Shown: positions 12,133 through 28,100, counted from the first letter of the stretch. The stretch: DNA of 64,000 bases from Eledone cirrhosa (GCA_964016885.1 OZ024758.1:5270001-5334000); one strand, 5' to 3'. Translations and numbers: made by a program. The notes: generated by a model from the sequence alone, not told the origin.

Positions 12133-12135
<3 letters not shown>
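11542..12135. mobile_element. Perfect 537-bp palindrome (11542-12078, 1-nt loop at 11810) of a hammerhead-bearing Penelope-like terminal repeat, inserted in (TA)n
   Basis: Arms appear exactly complementary (mirror ORFs 11665-11883 + and 11737-11955 -), with (TA)n on both sides. Non-palindromic relatives at about 14955-15145 and 17637-18270. Confidence 0.88.
11875..11919 (+). ncRNA. Minimal type I hammerhead ribozyme (mirror copy at 11701-11745, - strand)
   Basis: AGUCA-CUGAAGA-G-GUCAC(agagugu)GUGAC-GAAAG-AA-CUA|UGACU: 5-bp stem I, 5-bp stem II, both core boxes and an NUH site. Confidence 0.75.
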
Positions 12136-12193
<58 letters not shown>

Positions 12194-12415
12194 TGTGTGT
12201 CGGTTGGAACAAGTAATAGAGTAATATATATATATATATATTAATAATAATAATAAAAGGACGATTTGTTGTGTCTTCGTTACGTTTATTGATTGGTGAC
12301 GCGCGTTTTGCTATTGATCTGGCTCGACTCTGGAATCAAAAGCTCGCCCGACCTCACCTGGGGTTCACCTACAGTAACTGCACGTTACACTCACACACGC
12401 ACACACACACACACG

Positions 12416-12484
<69 letters not shown>

Positions 12485-12576
12485 GGGTTCAATCGGGGGT
12501 AACCACAGGAAGGTACTCAATACATAGCAGAGTATAAATATTTAATATAGAAATGGCTTCTACAGGACTAGAACTG

Positions 12577-12660
<84 letters not shown>

Positions 12661-13411
12661 TGGCTAACAGGTTATCGTTATAGGTAGTCCACTTAGAGGT
12701 AGTCCAGTTAGAGTACTCCGTGTTGTGGATGGTATTAACGTATGGCTTAGTTTGACTCAACAAGACGTTTCCATAGTGATGCTGCGAGTACGTCTTCTGA
12801 TCGATAAAAGGCCTTGGGCGCGCCGCTGATCGCTTTTGATGTCCTGTGTGAAGGGTTTCTTCTCTTGTTTACGTCCATATTAACATCTTAAACTTTGTTT
12901 ACAGTAACCACACAGCTCGCTTCGTTTCTTGTAATTATATATATATATTTACTGGTGCATTAGTGCGGCAGAAACTCGAGTCCGGGAACCTTATAGGCAC
13001 CCGTTTTACGTGTGTTGTGTTGAGGCAAATAACCATGTGTATACTCTGGTAATGTATCTTACATTGCCCATTGAGTGCGCTGAGATACAACCGGTACTGG
13101 CATTGATAAATATGCTGAGTCCGTCAACCCTTATTATTATATATATATAATTTATGTAAGAAAGCAGAGTTTCTTATATAAATTATGACGGGCGGATGTT
13201 AGATAAATAAATAGGATTGTAAGGTGTAGACAGTTTCAGCTGGTTTCGTATCAAAAATGTTAATGCCATTATATACAAGCTTTCAAGTAAATATTTTGAA
13301 CAGTATATCTGCGTTTTGATATTATGTATGCAGACAGTTAATATAAAAACCATATTTGTTGTGAAACGAAATTCTACAGTCTGACATGTTATATTTTACT
13401 TCCTTTTACAG

Positions 13412-13523
13412 GAAATCGTGAACATAGATCTTGAAGAACAAAATAGAAGAATTGCAGAAGAAAAATTAACCTGCAACATTACATTGAATGAAATTGACCA
13501 AACTGAGGAATTCCAGTCTGGAA
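13412..13523 (+). CDS. GPCR exon: ECD N-terminal helix ([37 protein letters not shown])
   Basis: Acceptor ttccttttacag and donor gtaag. Contains the first ECD Cys after an amphipathic helix (EEQ...EKLTC). Ends in phase 1, matching the next exon. Confidence 0.8.
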
Positions 13524-16500
13524 GTAAGAATAGTTTGTATTTTTTTTATTGTTTCTGTACTTTTGCTTGTCTAAAGAAATTCATGAATGGAAAATATACC
13601 TGTAAAATATACAACACTGCACGTGCGGAGAATTGCAAAGAAGGAATGTGCCTTATAGGGATTCCAAGAGGTTGATTAAAGAATCTGTAAAAAAAAAAAT
13701 GGTAAAAGGGGGAGGGACAGATCGTTAGATAGGACAAGGGGAAAATATTTTTTAGCTTAGATAAAATGAAAATAAAGTAAACCCAACCACAAATAGATGC
13801 AATAAAATTTGTAAAAAACAAAAAAAATATCTCTGCCAAATTTGTTCTATTTGAGTAATAGAATGGACTCTAGAGAGAATGGACTCTATAGAGAATGAAC
13901 TCTAGAGAGAATGGACTCTATAGAGAATGAACTCAACCACAAGGATATGGTCCGAAATGAAAAGAAAACGAAAAACGAATCAAGCAACGAAAATAATTGT
14001 TTCTACTTTAGGCACAAGGCCAGCAACTACCCAGTACATTACTGGTACTTTATTTTATCGACCCCGTAAGGATGAAAGGCAAAGTTAACCTCGGCGGGAT
14101 TTGAACTCAGACTGTAAAGGGACGTAACTATGCTAGAAAGCATGGCGTCCAACCCTCTACCGATACTGCCAATTCAACGAAAATAATGGGAGAGAGGAGG
14201 GACAGACACTATACTCCAGTCTGAGCTGTGACTCAGCCCCACCCCACAGACAAAATGGTAAAGGAGTTACCACAGAGAATAGCTAGAGAAATCTACTGCA
14301 ACATCCACTCCCACCTCACGAGGCTCCTTCCTCAAAATTGTTTTATTTACACAAATGTGGATATTTTCTCACAAATATAAATATAAACCAGTTAGTGAAG
14401 AAAACCTCAACTTTTTGTTTTGTTTTGAACTGATGGAGTCATCGGGGTGCCACTGTAGACATTTTAAGCTGGGTGGCGCCCTTCCCTCTTCAGGTTTGAA
14501 CAGATGATTTCTTCCAGAGCCGAACTCCCATTGTCATTGGTGTTTCCGTTACTGCTACTATATGCTGGCTGAAACTCCTGATGGGAGACGGGATTTAAAC
14601 TCAGAGCTGGATCAGAGCTGGATCAATGCTGGATCAGATATCAAGAGTAATTTTCATGTCTTCACTGTCAGAGTTATTTTGTTTTTGTCTTTGTGTGGTT
14701 GAAGGAGATGAGACAAGATTGATATGATATATTGGAGATTGCTGTCGAGATGTCTGTTCATGGAATCAATGCATGTTTGCCAAGAGGAGCGTAGAGTGTG
14801 TCTGGATGGCGTTTGTGTTTAGAAAATTTGGTAGGAATAAATATTGGCAACATCTGCATAAACTTGAAGTTAGTCGAAATCACGACAGGAATTCACTTCT
14901 CTCTATTTCAAGTATTTTAATGGATCACACCAATAATAGAGGTTTAAGTATTTGTTCTGCAAGATTCTTGCTGTGAAATCGTGTGTTGAAACCGATATTG
15001 TTATATTTGAGGATGATCATGTTGCCAGTATTGACAATAAAAAGAAACACACGCACCATATGATTTTCCTTTTATCTTTGTTACTCGTTAATCATTAATC
15101 CGTCAAAGTTCTTTTGTCATACATTCTGTGACCTCCTCAATGTTTATCTGCTCTCTTGTGTGCCTCCTCTTCTTTATGGTCTTAAACCTCTACTCGCTCT
15201 TGTCTTTTGTTTTGTTTTCGATGAATTTCACAATACGGCCACCAATAACCTCCTCCACCACCAATAACACCCTCCACCACCAATAATAACACCCACCACC
15301 ACCACCAATAATACGCACCACCAATAGCCTCCACCACCACCAATAATACCCACCACTACCACCACTAAGGATGAAAGGCAAAGCTAACCTCAACAGGATT
15401 TGAAATCAGAAAGTAAAGGGTCATAACTCTATGCCGCAAAGCATGTTGTTCGACGCTCTACCAATTCTGCCACAAGGTTATGTAAGGGGTCAAGGTTATA
15501 TTAGGGGTTAAGACCGACAAGGTTGTATAAGGGGTTAAGACCGACAGGGTTGTATAAGGGGTTAAGACCGGCAAGGTTATATAAGGGGTTAAGATCTACA
15601 AGAAAGTCTGATTAAAAATCTAACCACTACAACGCTATTATAGGAAATAAATAATTATCATTTAATAAATATGAAGGTTTTGTATATTTTGAGGAGTTTG
15701 TAAACCAAAAAAATAAATATATATATATATATATATATATTGATTACCCAAGTAGAGGATTAATGGCGTTTGTCCAAGTTTCTGTTCTTCTGTGTTGTTA
15801 TTTGTCTTGTTTATTGGTCAGAATTAATCAGAAAACAACATAAAACCGACGCCGGGAATATAGAAAATGTTTTATTTATGAAGACATTCTGAGGAGGGTG
15901 TCGTCTTCTTTAAAGAATATTTGAAATAAATAGTTTTGATTCGCTCATCACCAAAACTGGAAATAACTAGATTTCTTATCAAAAATTTCAAATAATAGAC
16001 AAATTATTTCTACTCCCACCCCCACGGATGGTAAATCCGAAAATATTTGAGATCAATAAAATTGCTAACGTAAAATTCTACTGTTCTCTCTTTCTCGGAC
16101 CTTTTATTTTCTATAACTTCTATTACCTTGGCACTTTTAATTTCGCACGAATTGCCGGGCTTCCAAATATTTAAACTTATTTAAATTCGTATTTCTTATT
16201 CCACAATGATTCAAGCAAACTATAACACTTTGTTATATGTAAAGTATTATATATGTTATAGACATAGTTTCTCTGCTTAAACTAATAGACGTACAGCAAC
16301 ACGAATTAACCGTAAAAAGTTGGTCCTTACATCAAATTAAAATTCTTCGACACAAGAACTACTATAGGTTCAGAGACACATTCATTAACTGCCAGTATTG
16401 AACTATATCGTTAATTGAATATAATAATTATAAATTAATAATAAGTTTCATTTTCAGTTATTATAATGTAATAACTGCAAATGAAACTTGAAATATTCAA

Positions 16501-16604
16501 AGATGGATATGAAACGGATATGAAAGCTAATTCCGGTTTGTTAGATAGCGATGACAATAACATATAGCATATATGTGTATGTATGTATGTATAAATGTGT
16601 ATGC

Positions 16605-16636
<32 letters not shown>

Positions 16637-19494
16637 GTGTGTATGTGTATATATATAATATAAATACACACACAGAGTATTTTCAGGCAATTCAGGTTCC
16701 TTAATAAACATTTCCATTTTTCGATAATTAAGTAATTTTATTTAGTGATTGCACAAGGCCAGCAATTTTGGGGGAGGAGAAAGTCGATTAAATCGACCCC
16801 AGTACGTGACCGGTACTTTATTTTATCGACCCTGTAAGGATGAAAGGCAAAGAGAGAGAGAGAGACTATATACATATGGGGGTGTTTATATGTGTATATA
16901 TATATGAGTGTGTATGTATGCTAGTGAGATATTATGCAGCGTTGAGCAACTCTTGACAGTAGAGATCATAAAATGGTGAAATGTAAAGCAGCTGTTTTGG
17001 AATGTTATGGCTGACATAAGTCTATTTGTATCCACTCTCCTTCATTGAGACGGAAAATGAAATTAGAAGCAATATTTCAGCAAAATCAATAGCAAAAGCT
17101 CCATTCCACATCCATGATATTGATGTGTGTGTTTCGGAGTGTCTGTGTGTGTTAGTGTGCATACTTGAATAGACATATATATACATATATATATTAATAA
17201 GAGGAATTCCAACTTTGTCTGATTTACTCGTTTTATTTACAATCCTTTAAAATATATAATGGTATTAGAACGAAATAGTATGGTAGGATATTAAATGTTA
17301 AGTTTTAATTGAACAAGTACTTTCATGCTTTCGCAATCTTCAGGTTCATAATGTGTGGTGACAGTCAAGTTTGCAATTTTCAACTGTTGACTGTCACCAC
17401 ACATTATGAACCTGAAGATTGCGAAAGCATGAAAGTACTTGTTCAATTAACACTTAACATTTAATATTCTATCATACTATTTCGTTCTAATACCATTATA
17501 CATTTTAAAGGATTGTAAATAAAACGAGTAAATCAGACAAAGTTGGAATTCCTCTTATTAATATAATCTTCTATACACAATCATACACACCCGTGTATAT
17601 TTATCTATCTCTATATATACATATATATATATATATATTTCGTTTCTGAATTTGTTTAGCAAGATTCTTTATCTGAAAACGTGTGTTGAAACCGATATTG
17701 TTATACTTTGGAAACACACGCACCAGTTGCTTTCACTTCAATTTAGGAATTTATAAATTTCCGGTTGGTTGGTTCCACAACCAGATGGTTGTTTATATAT
17801 TGTCAAAGTTATTTCGTCACACATTGTGACCTCTTCAGTGACTGGAGATTCTTTTCTTTGTTTTTTGTGCCTCTCCTTTGTTCTGTCCTACGCCATCTTG
17901 TTTGTGTGTGTGTGTGTGTGTGTTGTGTGCTTAGTTTGCGCATGTGTTACATCCGGGTGTCTCTGTGTGTTTATCGTTTATTTATTTGTTTATTTACATG
18001 TTACTGGTTGGTTGTTTTCATTTTGTGTTTTCATTTTGTCCTTAATTTTAAGTTGTGATGTTGCTGTTCCACTCATGTTTTCTATTTAATTTTGGTTGTA
18101 ATTCATTTATGTTTATTGCCTCTGTGATTTGTCTAAACATTGCGTCTTTTCTGTGTAGATTCTATTTTTATTTCTATGTTCTCTAATTTACCCTTATGTT
18201 CTATTTTAGCATGTTGGTAGAGTACAGATGATTCTTTACTACCTTGAAGGTCTCGCCAGTGTTCATTTAATATATATATATATATATATATTATTCGAAA
18301 TATTAATACATGAAAAATATTCTCATAACCAAAATATATATTTTATTATGCATATTTCAAAGGTACAATGGTGTTTAAGTACGTTTTCATCAGATAAAAT
18401 ATATGAGAGATTGGATATGCGACATACCGCTACGGTTTTGATTAATCAATTCCAGTAATGGTAGACTACCACAAAACGATAAATAATTTTTGGAAGGAGA
18501 AACCTTAAAAGAATTTTTTTTTTTTAAATAAAAATACAATCGAAAGACACAGAACTCCGGGGTGCTCAGCCGTTAAGGTGGAGTTTGGCAGTTACGACCC
18601 ATACAGCCGTACTTCTGCTTCACCCGAGGTCACAGCGCCTGTCACAAGCCAAAGCGGTGTCCAGTAGCGTAAGAGGCAAGACAAAATTAAGCTATAACAT
18701 GAACGCATACAATTTTATGTGATCTCAGGGAGAAGGTATTGTATTCTTTTTGCACGAAAGTCTTGTGAGGCAAACAGAAGGAAAGGAAAAAGAAAGGAAA
18801 AACGGGCAAGACGCTCTACCGATGCTCTCCGATACTACCAATCCACCACCCTCACATACAATATCATTCAAAGTGTAGATAATTCAACTGATCAAACAGA
18901 TGGAAGATCCACATTTTATTATTATCTATTATGAAATTGTTACATTATATAAATGAGGTGTCTACTTTTTCTGGCAATGAATATCAATTTTATTTCTTCC
19001 TCATTGTTTTTCTATCGTCTTATTATTGTTCTTTCTTTCTTTCTTTCTTCTTTACTCTTCTTTTTCTTCTCTTTCTTTATTTTTTCTTTCTTTATTTTTT
19101 CTTTCTTTATTTTTTCTTTATTTTTCTTTTCCTTTCTTTTCCTTTCTTTCTTTCTTTCGTTTTCGTTCTTTCTTTTCTTCTTTCGTTTTCGTTCTTTCTT
19201 TTCTTTCTTTTCTTCTTTTATTTCTGTTTTTCTTTCTTTCCTCTTCTTATTACCTTTCTATTTTTCTCCTTTCCTTCCTTTCTTCTTTCTTTCATCTTCT
19301 TCGTTTATTGTATTTCCTTTCTCTATATATTTCTATATCTTCTTTCCTCCCTTCTATCATCCACTCAGGTTACTGTCCAGGAATATGGGATGGATTACTA
19401 TGTTGGCCAGACACAGAAGCCGGGACGCTGGCGTCTTTGCAGTGTCCAGCTTATGTTAGCAAATTTAATACTGACTGTAAGTAGACAAAACTAT

Positions 19495-19559
<65 letters not shown>

Positions 19560-19660
19560 CACAACCACCACACAGATATTTCTGTTCATATTTTCTCTTC
19601 CTTCCTTTTTCGAATTTGCTGTTTCTTCGATGATTTTAGATTTATATATATATATATATA

Positions 19661-19696
<36 letters not shown>

Positions 19697-22600
19697 TTGT
19701 TGAAGTGCTTTCTTTAAGACATGCACAATGATGTACATATTAAAAAATCGAAACTGCTGTCAAATCTGGACAACAGCTTATGCTAAGACATAAACTCATG
19801 TCATTTTCCAGTGTTTCTCTTTAAATAATGTCGCCTACTTGAAGAAGTGTCTATATATCTTTATGTAACGTTATGTAAGTCTCTAGTTATGTGTTCGTAT
19901 TCTTATTGTATAAGAAGTGGGGGAAGCAAACAAACATACGAAGTTGGAGCTTTATATGGTCATTATAACTATTACAAACAACAGATCTCATTCATGTGTC
20001 TAAAAGAAACTCACTGAATTATATAATGTTAAATATATAACGAGAGAAGGAGTCTTAGCTGGAATGACTTATCAAACCACTCCAGCCATGCGTACATACA
20101 TCGAAACACAGGCATACCACAAGTCTCGTTTTGATCTCGCATTATCACAAGTGATAATCAGTATAATATCAGGAGTGACATCATCGTTAAAACATTAGAA
20201 ATCATTATAAATTAATGAAGTGAACTTTTTAACCATACAGCCATACTGTTTCTACTGTCTTCTTTAATGTATGTATAGACCCATAACTCCCAAGGAAGTT
20301 GTGGGGTGCCATATTCATATGTGGCGTTTATTGGCAGTTTTTTTAAACTTGGAGGAGCCCATCTCCTCTCCGGATCTGAATACAGCAGATTTCCGCCAGA
20401 GAAGAATAGAGAGTGAGAGAATGGAAGTGAAAAATAAATATAGAGGAAGACTTCATCCCCGTACTTGACTGGTACTTTTTTTATCGACCTTGAATGGATG
20501 AAAGGCAAAGTTGACCTCGGTGGGATTTGAACTCAGAAAGTGCAGAGACATGAAACGAATACCACAAAACATTCCATCCGACGTTTTAACGACTCTTTCT
20601 TTAATTTAATACTCAAATACAAAACCTATTTTTGTTGTCATGGCTCTCTTTCAATCAGTTCACATCTTGTTGAAACAGAGCCTCTCTTTCAACCAGTTCA
20701 CATCTTGTTGAAACAGAGCCTCTCTTTCAACCAGTTCACATCTTGTTGAAACAGAGCCTCTCTTTCAACCAGTTCACATCTTGTTGAAACAGAGCCTCTC
20801 TTTCAACCAGTTCACATCTTGTTGAAACAGGGCCTCTCTTTCAACCAGTTCACATCTTGTTGAAAGAGAGCAATATAGAAGAAATGTAATCTGAGTTTTT
20901 CAAATATTAATAATAGCATTCGATTTGTTTGCAATTAAGCAAACAAGCCTCATTTTTAAAGCCATATCAGTAGAATGAACCCCTCATTCTTGCTCTTGTG
21001 TTGGCATGTAAATAGAACTGCAGACACTAATGTTTCAGCAGTACAGCTCACTGTTCACCTGCCAACTGTCAGAGCTAGTGAAAATATATGCTATTTTCTA
21101 AACAGTGACTGATCAGCCTGATTTGCATTTTTTTTTTTTTATTTAATATAAAAGAACATTTTTCAATAATGGTGAAAAAGATTTTTCCTTTAAATCCACT
21201 TTAATTGAAACAAATAAATTTGTCAAAAAACAAAGGTAATTGACAATAAAATGTGTGAAGCATTAACATGCCTGAAAGGATTAATATGAATTCTAAAGAG
21301 CTTGAAGAGCAAAACATTTTGATTAAATCTAAAATTATTCAAAAGTAGTAATAAGGATCTCTTTTAATTGAAGTCTTAATGATTGGAAATAGGCAAAATC
21401 ATGACAGAATTATTATACATATCTTTAATATAACAATTAATACAACAATTATCATACATACCTTTAATATAACTCGTGATATTGATTTGTCTGATAACCT
21501 GTAGTTCTTTAGAAACATAATACTTATATTTTTATACACTACATTATATATTAGATATTGTATATTATATTATATAATATATATTATATATCATATATTA
21601 TATATTATATACCATATATTATATTATATATATATTATATAATATATATTATATATCATATATTATATATTATATACCATATATTATATTATATATATCA
21701 TATTATATATATCATATATTATATAATATATATCATATATTATATAATTGTTTCTACTTTAGGCACAAGATAATGTTAGATATATATAATATATAATGTA
21801 TGTGTATTGTGTTATATAATTCATAGTAGGTTATATAATATATATGTATTATAGGTTATATAATATATATGTATTATATGTTGTATAATATATATATATT
21901 ATATGTTGTATAATATATATATATTATATGTTATATAATATATATATATTATATGTTATATCATATATATATATTATATGTTATATCATATATATATATT
22001 GTATATCATATACTATATATTATATATCATATATCATATAATATATATTATGTATAAATACAATGCACAAACAAATCCTCTAAATACTATCCTAACATTT
22101 AATTAGCATGTTTTCCTGTGATATAAATTCCGAGGGGGCACATTTAACAGTACAGCAGATATGAATGACCAAATAAGAATTATATACCTGACTTTCATTT
22201 ACCAAAATGGTTCTAATGCGCAGTTTGACTATTGACTAATAAAGAAAAATATATAAATAGAATTATAGATATTCAACAGCCTCTACCGATTCTGTAGACA
22301 GAGAACATACTGTCTTAGAAAAAGGCAGTTTTAGCTAGAATATAACAATAGAGGAATGAATTGTTGCCTCGGGTGGTTGTAAGCAGTTATGGGACAAAGT
22401 GAGAAAAGCATTCAAACTTGAGATTTTTGAAAAATCAATTTGAAATATTACATTGTGTTACATTGTGAAGATAAAGTGAATACAACTGACAACCAACACT
22501 ACATGTGCTGTCTTAAGGCAATCTTATGTGGAAGAATTTATGGAGAGGAGAAAATTACATAAACTCTTGCACGGTAAAAACATTGTGATGTTGTGATCAA

Positions 22601-24992
22601 TTTCGAAGATTCTACTGTAGAAAAAAATATGAATAAATTACTATAAATTAGTTGTAATAAAATATTGAAAACAAGAAATGTTAAAAAGATATTAAAAAGG
22701 AGAAATATTAAAATGATATTAATTTGTTTGTTCGGCCGAGTTTACACTCGCAAAGATTCAGCACGCCTTCTCCTATCGTCCTGGTCAAGCATGACATTTA
22801 TCAGCCTGTCTTCCCACACCTCTTCATTCCATAGCACTGTGGTGAGGACAAGAAGAACTAGGGCAACCCCTAGGAGCATTGGATTTGGCGTACTTCATAT
22901 TTGGTAACCGAAGGGGGTCTTTACCCCTTAATTTTATGTATGTATATATCGTACCAAAGGTTATTTGTCACTAATATACAGAACATTTCAATGAAAAGAT
23001 ACCCAAAATATATCTAATTTAGAGAAACATTTAAATTTAGAACAACTTAAACAAATTTACCGGGCAGGTAGTTTACTAGTAAAGACAATTAATACAAGGA
23101 AGCTTCTCTCATCTTTTCCCTATTTTTATCCTTATGTGTATGTGATGTGTATGTATATGTATGTAATATATATATATGTATATATATATATGTGTGTGTG
23201 ATATGTATATATATATGTGTATGTGATATGTATATATATATATATATGTGTATGTGATATGTATATATATATGTGTATGTGATATGTATATCTATGTCTA
23301 AGTGTATGTGATATTTATGGCTATGTCTATATGTATGTGATATATATGCATTTGTGATATGTATAAATGATATATATGTGTATGTGATATGTATATATGT
23401 GATATGCTTGTGTATGTGTATGCATGTGTATATTTATGATATGTATATTTATGTGATATGTATATGATATGCTTATGTATTTTTGTATGTGTATATATAT
23501 ATGTGTGATATACATGCGTATGTGAATGTGATATGCTGGATGCCCTTCCTAACACCAACCTCATTTACAGTGAGTGCTGGGTGCTTTTTTTTCCCGTGGC
23601 ACCTTCACGACCACTTTGCAGTGGAATGATATGGACCCAGTCCCTATCATCTCATTTCTACAGCTGAGTAAACTGGAGCAATGTGAAATAAAGTGTCTTG
23701 CTCAAGGAAACAACACATCACCCGGTCTGAGAATTTAACTCACAACCTTTCGATTGCAAGGCCAATGCTCTAACCACTAAGTCATGTGCCTCCATATATA
23801 TATATTTATGTAATAAACAACATAAGATAATTATTTCATTTACCAGTGGTTTCTTGAAAGCAAACAAATCTGCTTTCAGTCATCAGAATGAAAACATCCT
23901 GGTGTTTTTATTGTAACCTACATAGAGCACTCTTTTTTCCTGGACCTTTCCGACGGAATTATTTCATTTATATATATATAGAATATTTGAGTATCGTGAG
24001 AGAGAAGGGGTTTAAAGGGATAAGCGATACATATAGTTGTTGCCAAAAGGTTGTGCATTTGTGCTCAATACTTGTGCCTACAGGGTTAAATATCGGAAGC
24101 GTTAATATTTAGCGGGCGAGAAGATAAACAGAGCGCTTACAAATGAAAGGATTACAAAGGAGAATATATACTGTCAGATTTTCTCCTTTGTAATCCTTTC
24201 ATTTATGTATATATATATATATATATATATGTGTGTATATATGTGTGTGTATATATGTGTGAGAGAGATTGTGTATGTGTGTGTGTGAGAGAGATTGTGT
24301 ATATGTGTGTGTGAGATTGTGTGTTTGTTTGAGAGAGAGATTGTGTATGTGTGTGTGTGAGAGATTGTGTATGTGTGTGTGTGAGAGATTGTGTATGTGT
24401 GTGTGTGAGAGATTGTGTATGTGTGTGTGTGAGAGAGATTGTGTGTGTGTGTGTGAGAGAGAAAGATTGTGTGTGTGTGTTCTTAGTGTGTGTGAGAGTA
24501 AGATTGTGTGCATATGTGTACATAGTGTATGTATGTGTGAGATTGTGTGCATATGTGTACATAGTGTATGTGTGTGTGAGATTGTGTGTGTTTGTGTACA
24601 TAGTGTGTGTGTGGGAGATTGTGTGTGTTTGTATACATAGTGTGTGTGTGCGTGTTTGTGTACATAGTGTGTGTGTGTGTGTGTGTGTTATACTAAATAT
24701 TTAGATTACATGTATGAATGGATAAACATTAAAAAGACAAAGTTTGGTTAAGATAGGAGAGAGAGATATATATATAGAGAGAGAGAGAGAAGAAAAGTAT
24801 GGATTGGTGAATATAAAACTAAATGTGTGTGTCTATGTGACTGTCTATGTGTATATGTTTGTGTGTCTATGTGTATATGTTTGTGTGTGTATGTGACTAT
24901 TTCATTACACGTTTGTTTGTGAAGATGAGTTTAGTGTTTATCCAGTTATATATACATGAACCTACAAAATTTAATCTTTCTCATTCTCTGTA

Positions 24993-25024
<32 letters not shown>

Positions 25025-25067
25025 CATATACACACACATATACACGCACACATATATATAAACACAC

Positions 25068-25117
<50 letters not shown>

Positions 25118-28100
25118 CACACACACACTCACAATTTGTTCAAAGAATATATTCAATGAAGTGAAGTGTTATTGTATGAAATGAGATAAGACAGGCACAT
25201 GACTGGCTCAGCCACAGTTTCGTATCCTGGCTAGATAAAACTTGTTCAATCATGTAGTTATCATTAAAACAGAAATTGTTTATGAAGTCATGTCAGCATC
25301 CGTGTTGTTTCCATGTATATTGGGATGTTTTGCTGTTGTCTTTCAATCTTACTCTATTAAACAGAAATCCCTCTCTATATTTTTCTTTCAAGTTTTTTTC
25401 CTTCTGCTGATATCCATTAAAAAGTTCATGCCATATTTTCTTTGTAGTTTATAAGCTAATGTTCAGGATAATTATTTCTACTTTAGAGAACAAGGCCAGC
25501 AATTTGAAGGGGAGGTAAAGTCAATTAAATCCACCCCAGTGCATTATTGGTACGTTATTTGATAGACCCCAGGAGGATAGGATGAAAGGCAAAGCTAATC
25601 TCTGCAGGATTTGAAATCATAATGTAAAGAGCCATAGTTCTATGCTGTGAAGCATTTGATTCAATACTCTACAAATTCTGCCAATCCACTACACTTAGTG
25701 TTCAAGATAATTGTTTCTCCTGTAGGCAGAAGGCCAGCATTTGAAGGGGAGGGGAAAGTCAATTAAATCGACCCCAGTGCATTACTGGTACTTATATAGA
25801 CCCCATAAGGATGAAAGACAAAGCTAACTTCAGTGGGATTTGAAATCCTAATATAAAGGAGTGTAATTCTGCTCAGACTGGGTGATTTGAGGTGTATGGT
25901 TGAAGCACTGCAAACTCTGTTGTAAAATTCTAGATTATTCTGGATATTCAATCTACATTTGTAAAAGGTTATAGTTATATATTATGTTGGTATGGGCCCA
26001 TAACTCCTGATAGAGTTGTAGTGGCGCTGTAGTGACATACAGTGTTTCTTGGGCGCTGTAGTGGCGCTGTAGTGACATACAGTGTTTCTTGGGCGCTGTA
26101 GTGGCGCTGTAGTGACATACAGTGTTTCTTGGGCGCTGTAGTGGCGCTGTAGTGACATACAGTGTTTCTTGGGCGCTGTAGTGGCGCTGTAGTGACATAC
26201 AGTGTTTCTTGGGCATTGTAAGCCTGGCGGAGCCCATCCCTCTCCAGGCCTGAGTACAACAGATTTCCTCCAGAGAAAGATAGAAAGTGAGAGAGAGGAA
26301 ATGAGAAAGAGATATAGAGGAAGAATCGACCTCAGTACTAGACTGGTACTTTTTTTATCGACCTCAAAAGGAAGAAAAGTAAAGATGACCTCAGTGGGAT
26401 TTGGACTCAGAGAGCAGAGAGCTGGAAAAAATGCCACAAAGGATTCTATCCAACATTTTAATGACTGCCAATTCACTGCCTGATATTATGTAACAATGCT
26501 AGATTGTTGAAAGGAATTTTTGACATGCTGACTGCTTCACTGATTAGTTGATAATAATTTCTACAGAATGAACAAAAGACAAAGAGATTAGTAAAAAGAA
26601 ATAAACAAATAAAAAAGAGAAGATAGAAATAGAAGCAGCATCCATTGATTACTAACGAACTGTAATTATGGCTACAAAAATCTAATCCATTTTCCTGTAG
26701 CCTTATCGACATTTCGCAAAGAAGACAGCAGCCATTTTTAGTATATGGAAAATAATTATAATTATTTTTTTTTTAATTATGACATTCATTTTATTTTAAT
26801 ATGTCATCAAATGTTCTGTTATACCCAGGAACTCATCTTGTCACATCAAACTTTCTTGAAATATTCTCTAAAAATTCTTCAAAAATTCTTCAAAAATTTG
26901 CTAATGGCAACTGACACATATGCAAATCTAACATGCCCACACACATATATATACACATATACACACTATATATATAATGGGGTGTATATATATATATTAC
27001 ATATATCTATACCCACTCTGCATCGAGTACTCCCATGATTAGTGGTACCCCTGGTCTCAGCACCGCAGACTCACTCTTTTTATATATACATATTATATAT
27101 ATATATCATCATTTTATGTCTGCTTTTCCCTGCTTGCAAGGGCGGGATGGGTCCTATTCAGCACAGCATCTCTCCATTCGTCACGGTCCTTCGTCATCTC
27201 CTCCGTGAACTTCAGCGATCTGAGGTCAGCTCTCACCACCTCTGCCCATGATTTTCATGGTCTTCCTCTACTGCTTCTTCCTTATATATATATATATGTG
27301 TGTGTTTTTGTGTGTGTGTGTGTGTATATATTTATATCTTTTGAATATCTTTGTTGAAATCGGAAGATTTATATTTCAACAATCTTCTTCTAAATTTGTT
27401 ATGCCAGATATTATATTATTCTTATTTCTGTCTCAAAGAAGATTATATTTTAACCATTATTAATATGAAATAAGAAAAAGTTGAAAACTTCAACTGTAAT
27501 TTTAATCTTCTAAATAAAAAGCAGTTATTTCCTACTCAATGTCAATGTTTCAGCTCTAAATATAAGCTGCTGTAACATGTCTTATATATCTCAATGTTTG
27601 TAGTTTAACTCTAAACATAAGCTGCTGTGACATGTCTTATATATCTTAATGTTTGTAGTTCAACTCTAGCTATCGTCATTCCTCACTCACGCTATTTATT
27701 TTATTATTTTATTGAATCGGGATAACATAAATATTCTGGAATATGACATTTGTCAATTGTAAATCAAAGTGATTGAAAGGTCGGCTCAAAAGTTCATAAG
27801 CTGACCAAGATACTCTCAGGGAATGACCGAATTAGATTTATTTTTCAACATAGACCCTAGAAAGAAACAATGAAGTTATTAATAAGAAGAGTTAAAATTA
27901 ATCCATGTAAGATTTCACAGCTCTAGCATCACTCCTTCATAGGCTGACCAAGATACTTTCATGGAATGACCAAATGAGGTTTATTTTTCAACATAGTCCC
28001 TGGAAAGAAACTTAGAACACTTTAGTTGATAGATCTGTTCAATCGGGGCTAACTCGAAACTAAACAATAACAACAATAACCATTGGATTTTGCTATATTT

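Noticed and set aside
18931-19731. 266-aa Phe/Leu-rich ORF
   Set aside because: This is the pyrimidine-rich tract upstream of the real exon 19369-19476, which uses another frame.
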